A DNA stretch of 64,000 nt from Candidatus Poribacteria bacterium (GTDB lineage Bacteria > Poribacteria > WGA-4E > WGA-3G): contig OZ242029.1 in assembly GCA_965205015.1 (NCBI GenBank), forward strand, positions 96,001 through 160,000, written 5' to 3'. The translations under genes and the position numbers were made by a program. Of the stretch, positions 49,086 through 56,447 are shown in pieces (the first letter of the stretch is position 1; each line of letters starts with the position of its first letter). Below the pieces are notes generated by a model. It ran no database searches and was not told the DNA's origin. It saw only the letters and a program-made list of their open reading frames with translations.

Positions 49086-49840
49086 GAACCTATTGTGCAA
49101 GCACACTCCCATTTTCCGCCTTCCAGTTGACAGAATTTGTAGGTGGGTTATCCCAAAATGGCGTGTCTGCGATTGAACTTGCCCAAGCCCATTTTTCCGG
49201 TGCGGATGCGGAAGCCATTGCTGCCCTCCGAGAAAAAACAGGGCTCCGTTTTAAATCCATGTTGAGCACTGTGGCGGTTGACGCACCAGACGGACTTGAG
49301 GCGTTAATCGAAATTCTTGACACTGCCCAAAGGCTCTCTATTCCACTCGTCAGCATCGCGAGTGGTGGAAAAGAAGAAGCCACCGCTCGCGAAATCGAAA
49401 CGATTATTGATCACCTCAAAACGGTCACTGCAGAAGCACAGACTCGCAATCTAACCCTTATGCTCTACGCCCACGAAGGGAGCATGGCTTACAATCTGGA
49501 ACGCACGCAACACATCCTCAATGCGATCTCCGCCGAAAACTTCGGTTTTTACTACAGTCCCTATCATTTTCATCGCGCCGGAGACGATCCGGTTGTCGCC
49601 TTACGCACCCTATCAGAACGGTTGTTCAGTGTCTATTTCAACTGTGGTGTGGATTCAAGCACAGGCAGCGAGCCGTTCTGGGCACCAGAGATGGATTTCC
49701 CCGCTATCTGTCAGGAGATAGACCGCGTCGGCTACACTGCGGAGATTATGCTCATCTATTTGGGATTGAAGGCGGAAACACCAGAACCGATTATTGAGGG
49801 AGTCGCAAACGCACGCGCCAAGTTAGAAACCTATTTTTAA
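49082..49840 (+). CDS. Divergent TIM-barrel isomerase-like protein
   Basis: ATGA overlap; similar overall pattern but usual metal ligands altered (YAHE, YSPYH). Confidence 0.65.
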   Translation: MRTYCASTLPFSAFQLTEFVGGLSQNGVSAIELAQAHFSGADAEAIAALREKTGLRFKSMLSTVAVDAPDGLEALIEILDTAQRLSIPLVSIASGGKEEATAREIETIIDHLKTVTAEAQTRNLTLMLYAHEGSMAYNLERTQHILNAISAENFGFYYSPYHFHRAGDDPVVALRTLSERLFSVYFNCGVDSSTGSEPFWAPEMDFPAICQEIDRVGYTAEIMLIYLGLKAETPEPIIEGVANARAKLETYF

Positions 49841-50111
49841 TTCAGAACGCCTCAAAAAACTCAATATTCCTAATAGTGCCTTCACGCGTAGCATTGATTT
49901 CAGAGAAAACCGACTGACGCTCTATCTTGAGGATCTCAGTCCTGTATTTCTTCCCGACCCCGCCCCCATTTCTCAACATTTAAGTGTAAGCACACAGCAA
50001 CGTTACAGGCTTGTGTGCTTACACGCTCACACTTTACATAATCGGTGGTTTATCATGTGCATGGTCCCCGATCCCCCAGGATAATTGATAAAAAATAGGA
50101 ATTTTTCATTT

Positions 50112-50162
50112 TTTTTTCAGATTATGCACGTTTTATGCACCAAAATTACGTCTTTAGATAAT
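50112..50162 (+). promoter_or_regulatory. Putative ECF-sigma promoter block (copy 1)
   Basis: TTTTTTCAGATTATGCACGTTTTATGCACCAAAATTACGTCTTTAGATAAT; similar copy at 53428-53476. Confidence 0.55.
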
Positions 50163-50191
50163 CAATCAAAGGGGAACACAATCGTTTCGTT

Positions 50192-50308
50192 TATAGTAAA
50201 GTTTAGAATTAATTAGACACTTTAAAGAGGCGAGGATACAATCCTCGCCAGCGGCGGAGAGGATTGTTTCGCTAAGCAACTGTCTACATATTTTTCGACT
50301 TTACTATA
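50192..50308. mobile_element. MITE-like element, family E
   Basis: tatagtaaagtttagaattaattagaca ... tgtctacatatttttcgactttactata (imperfect 28 bp TIRs); interior palindrome ggcgaggat..atcctcgcc. Confidence 0.7.
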
Positions 50309-50343
50309 ATGTCTGACGACCTAACATCTGGAGGAGAAAAAAG

Positions 50344-50895
50344 ATGGAAAAAAATTTTAACTCGGAAACTTTCAAAAAAACATTTGACGCGTATGTCCTA
50401 AAGTGGCATATATTGGTAGCAATCTTATGGATTCTGGCTTTTTTGCCTGCCTTTCTACGCGTTTGGGATTCGTGGGGACCTCTCTTGGGTAACATAACTT
50501 TTGGAGCAATCGCATCCGGTATTGTTTCTATCGGAGGGGTATCTTTCGGACTTGTTTCGATTGGTGCTGTTTCTTTTGGTGTCATTGCCATTGGCAGCGT
50601 ATCTTGTGGGATCATCGCGATTGGTGTAACATCTATGGGGGTTTTTGCTTTTGGAAATTACGCTGCCGCTGGACTTATCGCCATTTCTACAGGTTCAACT
50701 GGGATATCTCCCCGGGTCGGTGGAAAGGCTTCTGGGATTATAGCAATTGGTCGGCAGACAAGCGGACTATACGCGCTTTCCTATGAAAGAGAAGGCAATG
50801 GTGTTTATATGTTTTCACCTGAACGCCAAGATACACAGGCTGTTGCCCTGTTCACCCACTATCTCCGAAAGTTTAAGTCTGTGATATTGACCTGA
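50344..50895 (+). CDS. Membrane protein with Gly-periodic pentapeptide repeats
   Basis: G-AIAS-G-IVSI-G-GVSF-G-LVSI-G-AVSF-G-VIAI-G...; SD GGAGGAG. Confidence 0.75.
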   Translation: MEKNFNSETFKKTFDAYVLKWHILVAILWILAFLPAFLRVWDSWGPLLGNITFGAIASGIVSIGGVSFGLVSIGAVSFGVIAIGSVSCGIIAIGVTSMGVFAFGNYAAAGLIAISTGSTGISPRVGGKASGIIAIGRQTSGLYALSYEREGNGVYMFSPERQDTQAVALFTHYLRKFKSVILT

Positions 50896-51011
50896 TCACC
50901 CCCGAACAGGCATATTTACATGTCAGTGCTTCACTCAAGCAGGATGCAGAGAATGATATGAAGCATTAGCACGGATACAGTCGTTTGTATTGACGCATTA
51001 CGGAGGTTCTA

Positions 51012-53204
51012 ATGGACAAAGACGATGTTCAGTTGATTCATAGTACCCTATCTGGCAACGATGAGGCGTTCAGCACCTTGGTCCAAAAATACCAAAAGAG
51101 TGTTCATGCCCTTGCGTGGCGGAAGATCGGTGATTTTCACTATGCTGAGGAAATTACGCAAGACACCTTCCTCCAAGCGTATAAGAAACTCTCAACACTC
51201 AAGAATCCCAATCAATTTGCGGGGTGGCTTTATGTCATCGCTGATCGACTGTGCGTAGATTGGCAGCGAAAGCAAAAACTCACGCCGCAATCACTGGGGG
51301 ACGCGTCCGTGAAAGCAATAGATAAGTTAACTTATGAACGTTATGTATTGGAACAGCGTGAGACAGAAGCAACTGAACGGCGTCGTGAAATCGTTAAGCA
51401 ACTTCTGGAGAAATTGCCAGAGAGCGAACGTACTGTGGTGACGCTCTACTATCTCGGCGAGATGACAACAAAGGAAATTAGCAAGTTCATGGGGGTATCG
51501 GTGAACACAATTACGAGTCGACTCCGACGGGCGCGAGAACGTTTACAAGCATCAGAAGAACTCTTGATTAACGAAACGCTTGGTGGTTTGCAATTGTCCG
51601 GTAACCTCCTTGAAAACATCATGCAGCAAGTTGCTGACATGAAACCGGTATCACCGCCAACTGGAAAACCGTTGCTTCCATGGGTGTCTTTCGGTGCAGC
51701 TGCGGTTTTGGTAATATTACTGCTCGGTGCAAGCAATCAATATCTTGCAAGATTCCAGCGCCCTTATAGTTTTGAGGCACACTCCGAACCCACGATTGAA
51801 ATCATTGAAGCAGCCGTTGTTCTGGATACCGACACGAGACCGGATATACGGAATCAAGTCGGACAGGCTACCCTCCCCGGTAAAAGCAGCGGTACCGGCT
51901 CACAGGTTGCTGAGGTGGTCTTAGCACCTAATGCATCAGAGGATTTTTCTAATCTGCTTACTTCTAATGCCACCCCTGAGGTGACACGCTTTACGCTGAG
52001 CAACGGTATCCGGGTTGTCAATCTTCACGTTGAGAATTCCACGGATGTCGGTATTTTCAGTTATTTGCCCCTTGGACTCGTCACTGATGGGAAAGCAAGG
52101 GCATATTGGAGCCATCTCGTTAATCACCTGACAGTCCGAACCGCAGGACCGATCGACTACAAAACGAGTAGTGCAGAGACAATGGCTGATAACATGCGCT
52201 TGGAGTTTCGGGGGAATACGGATACATGGCTGCAGGGTTTAGCACGACACGCGAAATGGCTTTCCGGACTCCCCTTTTCAGCAGAGAGTCTCGCTGAGGC
52301 AATTTCAAACGCTTTGTCCCAGTTTGATTATATTGAAAAAAACTTAGCAACGCATAAGTTGGCAAATGCGGCGTGGAACCAAGTCTTTCAGTATGGTGAA
52401 ACCGATATAGCGATACGCCAGGGTATTCAATCGGCACAACTCGGTGAACTCCAAGAATATCGCGATCTACATTTGGTCCAAGCAGATCGCGTCCTTTTGT
52501 GCGTCATTGGTGGTGTCGACCCGGAAACACTGAAAGAGACGCTGGAAAAACAACTCGGGACTATCAACTTAACCGAGAAGACACTTCCCCGTCCACGAGT
52601 ACCGCCTGAGATAGCAAAGGACCAAAACGCGACATGGGATGTCAATGTAACGCATTACATGGAAACCTATCCGATGCCTCGTTCTGAAAACAAAGACTAT
52701 CCAGCACTTTATGTCGCGAGTCTGCTTTGGCGGTTAGCCTGCATGCAGGACGCCCAATTGAAGGAATTGGTAGGGCACGTTTTCTGTGGTGTTGATCTCG
52801 TCACACCTGAACAGGTATACTTATACGTTAGTGTCTCCCTCAAGCCGGATACAGATATAGAAACGGTTAAGCAGCGGGTACGGCAGTTGATGACCCCGCT
52901 AAAACAACCGGAAAACAACACACAAGTTCCAATGATTGCCCAATCCCTTTCCAAGGAACTCAGTGCACCCCCGGACATGAAGACGCTCATGCAATATAAA
53001 CCTGAGAATGTGCCAGCGGGTCTGGTCCTCCTCCAGTTCGCTGTGAGTTGGGGAACAATGGAATACCAGTATGGTCATAATTTATCGAAACTTGCAAGTG
53101 CATTCGCCGATGTCTCCGCGGCTGATGTCGCCAGCGTCGTCAACCGATATCTAACTGAAGACCGTCGGATGACGTTAGTTCTCACACCCCGAGCATCGGA
53201 CTGA
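51012..53204 (+). CDS. ECF sigma-70 factor fused via a TM helix to an M16 (insulinase)-like domain
   Basis: AEEITQDTFLQAY..FAGWLYVIA (sigma2), LPESERTV..EISKFMGVSVNTITSRLRRAR (sigma4); TM WVSFGAAAVLVILLLG; FTLSNGIRVV..HLVNH..VLLCVIGGVD. Confidence 0.85.
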   Translation: MDKDDVQLIHSTLSGNDEAFSTLVQKYQKSVHALAWRKIGDFHYAEEITQDTFLQAYKKLSTLKNPNQFAGWLYVIADRLCVDWQRKQKLTPQSLGDASVKAIDKLTYERYVLEQRETEATERRREIVKQLLEKLPESERTVVTLYYLGEMTTKEISKFMGVSVNTITSRLRRARERLQASEELLINETLGGLQLSGNLLENIMQQVADMKPVSPPTGKPLLPWVSFGAAAVLVILLLGASNQYLARFQRPYSFEAHSEPTIEIIEAAVVLDTDTRPDIRNQVGQATLPGKSSGTGSQVAEVVLAPNASEDFSNLLTSNATPEVTRFTLSNGIRVVNLHVENSTDVGIFSYLPLGLVTDGKARAYWSHLVNHLTVRTAGPIDYKTSSAETMADNMRLEFRGNTDTWLQGLARHAKWLSGLPFSAESLAEAISNALSQFDYIEKNLATHKLANAAWNQVFQYGETDIAIRQGIQSAQLGELQEYRDLHLVQADRVLLCVIGGVDPETLKETLEKQLGTINLTEKTLPRPRVPPEIAKDQNATWDVNVTHYMETYPMPRSENKDYPALYVASLLWRLACMQDAQLKELVGHVFCGVDLVTPEQVYLYVSVSLKPDTDIETVKQRVRQLMTPLKQPENNTQVPMIAQSLSKELSAPPDMKTLMQYKPENVPAGLVLLQFAVSWGTMEYQYGHNLSKLASAFADVSAADVASVVNRYLTEDRRMTLVLTPRASD

Positions 53205-53427
53205 TATGAAGTGTTGGGAGAAATCCAGTCGTTAGGGTAATTTAACGCATCACTATTTTTTCAGGACATCCCTGTAACCACTCCTGTTTCCCGAAAAAAT
53301 CCTTCCAAAAGTTCCAAACGCCTTTCAGGGATATCCCTATGTGTTTTCCCTCCACAACCGGGGTTTATCCTGCGTTCAGAACCCGATACCCGCAGAACGA
53401 CTTCTAAAAAATCCTGATTTAATTTAT

Positions 53428-53476
53428 TTTTTTCAAATTATGCGAATTTCCTGTCCAAAGTTTCGTCTTTAATAAT
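53428..53476 (+). promoter_or_regulatory. Putative ECF-sigma promoter block (copy 2)
   Basis: TTTTTTCAAATTATGCGAATTTCCTGTCCAAAGTTTCGTCTTTAATAAT. Confidence 0.55.
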
Positions 53477-53600
53477 AGAGGGTATGAACCCGACCGTCCT
53501 GCGTAATTTTACAAGATTCGGCATCTGATTAGGTCCTTTTGACGGATACGGACACGACCCAACTGTTTATTAGCCTCACTGTTTATTAGGAGAACACCTC

Positions 53601-56318
53601 GTGGAAAAAGAAAGCGATGCTCAACTCATTGAAAGAATATTATCAGGCGATGAAGCGGCGTTTGATGTCTTGGTTCACAGGCATCAGAAAAGTGTTCACG
53701 CCCTCGCGTGGCGGAAGATCGGCGATTTCCACGACGCCGAGGAGATTACACAAGATACGTTCCTTCAGGTTTACAAAAAACTCCCGACCCTCAAGGACCC
53801 TTATAAATTTGCTGGATGGTTGTATGTGATCGCAAATCGGCTCTGTATTGATCGGATGCGGCAGAAAAAACTTACGATACAATCGTTGGAGGACACACCT
53901 GTGGAAGAAGTTGAGAAATCCTCTTATACCCATCACGTATCGGAACAACAGCAGACAGAAATCATCGAGCGTCGCCGTGCCATCGTCAAAATACTTCTCG
54001 AAAAACTTCCAGAGAGTGAAAGGACAGTCATGACGCTTTTCTATCTTGGCGAAATGACAGTGAAAGAAATTAGCAAATTCTTGGGCGTTTCCGCAAGCGC
54101 GATTCATAATCGGCTGTATCGGGCACGAAAGCGGTTACAAGAGGAAGAAGCACGCCTCGTTCAAGAGGTCCTCGGTGGTGTGCAGATACCGGCGAGTGTC
54201 AGCCAAAACATTATGCAGCGGGTCGCTGACGTGAAACTCGCGCCGCAAACAACGCCAAAACCCGTTATGCCGTGGATCGCTTTCGGGACCGCTTTCCTTC
54301 TGCTTGCATTACTCCTTGGCACGAGCAATCAATACCTCACCCGTTTCCAGAAACCCTATAGTTTCGAGGCGACATCCGAACCGACCATTGCCATCATTGA
54401 CGCATCCATTGTTCTCGAGAGCGACGCGAAACCTGCCCTGCGAAACCAAGCAGGACAGGCGACGGTATTAGATAAAACAACCGGTGCCGGCTTACAAGGA
54501 TCTGAAACTGTCTCAACAACGGGACCGTCGGTGCGTCCAGAAAACGTTGACGCATGGATGCCGGATGAAAACCTACGTCGGGCTATCAAATCCGAACTCA
54601 AACTTGGTGATACTCCGCTGGAGATAGAACATCTCCAGCAACTGGAGACGCTGCTCAGTATTGAGGATGGTATAGAAAGTATTGTGGGCTTAGAGCACGC
54701 TGTCAATCTTAGGTTTCTACATATTGCGCCGAGCGATATCTCGGATCTCACACCGCTTGCGGGACTTGAGAATTTACGGGTCTTAAAGTTGTATAATAAT
54801 CGTATTTCGGATATAACGCCCCTTGCAGGATTGGTGAACTTGGAAGCCTTGCAATTGCAAGTCAACCAGATTTCAGATATCTCACCGCTCGCTGGACTTG
54901 TGGGACTACAGGAACTTAATCTGGGAGACAATCTGCTAACGGATATATCACAACTACAGGCGTTAGTGCCCCTCAAAACGTTGCGCCTCCGCGGAAATCA
55001 GATTCTCGACTTCACACCCTTATTGAATCTGACGAAGTTGGAATCTCTTGATATTCAACATAATTTAAATTCGGGGACAGATCAGTTTGTATCCGCAGAC
55101 CCTTCTATAATAGAGGCATTGCGAGTTACAATTTGTGACTTTGAACGTCCAACGTATACCCGTCCAGTAAAAGAAAGAATTGAGAATCGTGAATATCCAT
55201 CAGTTTTTGTGGGGTATTCGTTCACTTTTAGAAACAAAACGGATGTATCGCCGCTCGAACAGATTTTGCTTACGGATTTATCTTTCAACATTAGCCCATT
55301 GGAACCGTTATCACACTTAGATTTTGGTGAGACCGCTCTCGGTGTGGCGCGAATGGGAGATATTATAAATGCCAAACAACAGCATGCAGCCGTGCTGCGT
55401 GAAAATTCCAATAGGATATTCCTTGTAGAGATCGCCTACTTTGACGGCAGACGATTCGGATTCACAGAAGACTCACCCTATTGGTTGCGGAACTCGGATG
55501 GAACAATTGCACAGCGTCAATGGTCTCGTGATGCCCAAGGTAAAGTATACTCGGAGCCTTTAGTAGACTTTACACAGTCAGAAGTCCAAGAGCTGATTAT
55601 AGCCCAAGCCGTTGCGGTTGCCAAATGTGGGCTTTATGACGGTATCTCACTCAATCGCTGGCACAGGGATTTAGAAGACTATTTTCCAGAAGACATAGAA
55701 ATGGCAGCGCGTGACAAGATTCTACATGGGATACGGGCAGCTGTCCCAGAAGATTTTCTCATTACCGTTACGACCAAGGAGAAAATTCCGCGCTGGAAAG
55801 AATACATAAATGGCGTGTATGTGAAGACATCGCCTATGGAGGACAGAGCATTTTACACTGCTAAAGCGTATAGGGCGTATGAGGAAATGCTGCAGTGGTC
55901 CGAGGCACACCTTAGAGAACCACAGATAACGCTTTTAAGAGGCGAGGTTAAGGCATATATTGACCCAAGGTCATCCATTGCCCAACGACAAATGCGAGCC
56001 TTGACAACCTTAAGCCTTACGCATTCCGATGGCTATATCCTCATGAGTGGGACAATGCCACAACCAGAAGGTATATGGTACGACTTCTTTGATGCACCTT
56101 TGGGTCGACCGATTGGTGGCGACGAAACCAAAGGGCAGCTATACCGTGATCGCCACGGTCTCTTTATCCGTGAGTTCACCAATGGTTGGGCAGTCTATAA
56201 CCGCAGCGGGAAAGCACAGCAGATCCAACTCATAGAATCTGCGACCGGTGCCGCCAGTGGTATCACCAGCACATCACACACCGTCCCAGATTTAGACGGC
56301 GAGATTTTTGTAAAATAG
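53601..56318 (+). CDS. ECF sigma-70 factor fused via a TM helix to internalin-type LRRs and a putative glycoside-hydrolase-like domain
   Basis: Same sigma2/sigma4/TM as 51012; ISDLTPLAGLENL repeats; CGLYDGI, LFIREFTNGWAVYNRSG; GTG start behind AGGAG. Confidence 0.85.
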   Translation: MEKESDAQLIERILSGDEAAFDVLVHRHQKSVHALAWRKIGDFHDAEEITQDTFLQVYKKLPTLKDPYKFAGWLYVIANRLCIDRMRQKKLTIQSLEDTPVEEVEKSSYTHHVSEQQQTEIIERRRAIVKILLEKLPESERTVMTLFYLGEMTVKEISKFLGVSASAIHNRLYRARKRLQEEEARLVQEVLGGVQIPASVSQNIMQRVADVKLAPQTTPKPVMPWIAFGTAFLLLALLLGTSNQYLTRFQKPYSFEATSEPTIAIIDASIVLESDAKPALRNQAGQATVLDKTTGAGLQGSETVSTTGPSVRPENVDAWMPDENLRRAIKSELKLGDTPLEIEHLQQLETLLSIEDGIESIVGLEHAVNLRFLHIAPSDISDLTPLAGLENLRVLKLYNNRISDITPLAGLVNLEALQLQVNQISDISPLAGLVGLQELNLGDNLLTDISQLQALVPLKTLRLRGNQILDFTPLLNLTKLESLDIQHNLNSGTDQFVSADPSIIEALRVTICDFERPTYTRPVKERIENREYPSVFVGYSFTFRNKTDVSPLEQILLTDLSFNISPLEPLSHLDFGETALGVARMGDIINAKQQHAAVLRENSNRIFLVEIAYFDGRRFGFTEDSPYWLRNSDGTIAQRQWSRDAQGKVYSEPLVDFTQSEVQELIIAQAVAVAKCGLYDGISLNRWHRDLEDYFPEDIEMAARDKILHGIRAAVPEDFLITVTTKEKIPRWKEYINGVYVKTSPMEDRAFYTAKAYRAYEEMLQWSEAHLREPQITLLRGEVKAYIDPRSSIAQRQMRALTTLSLTHSDGYILMSGTMPQPEGIWYDFFDAPLGRPIGGDETKGQLYRDRHGLFIREFTNGWAVYNRSGKAQQIQLIESATGAASGITSTSHTVPDLDGEIFVK

Positions 56319-56447
56319 GCATATCGCTTGTGAATACCAATAGCGATGGAACGGTCAATGTCTTAGATCTCGTCGCTGTCGCAAACAGTTTCTAACCCCA
56401 GAAAGACAAACCAATTTCTACTACTTAATAGGAAGAGAATACGCCCT

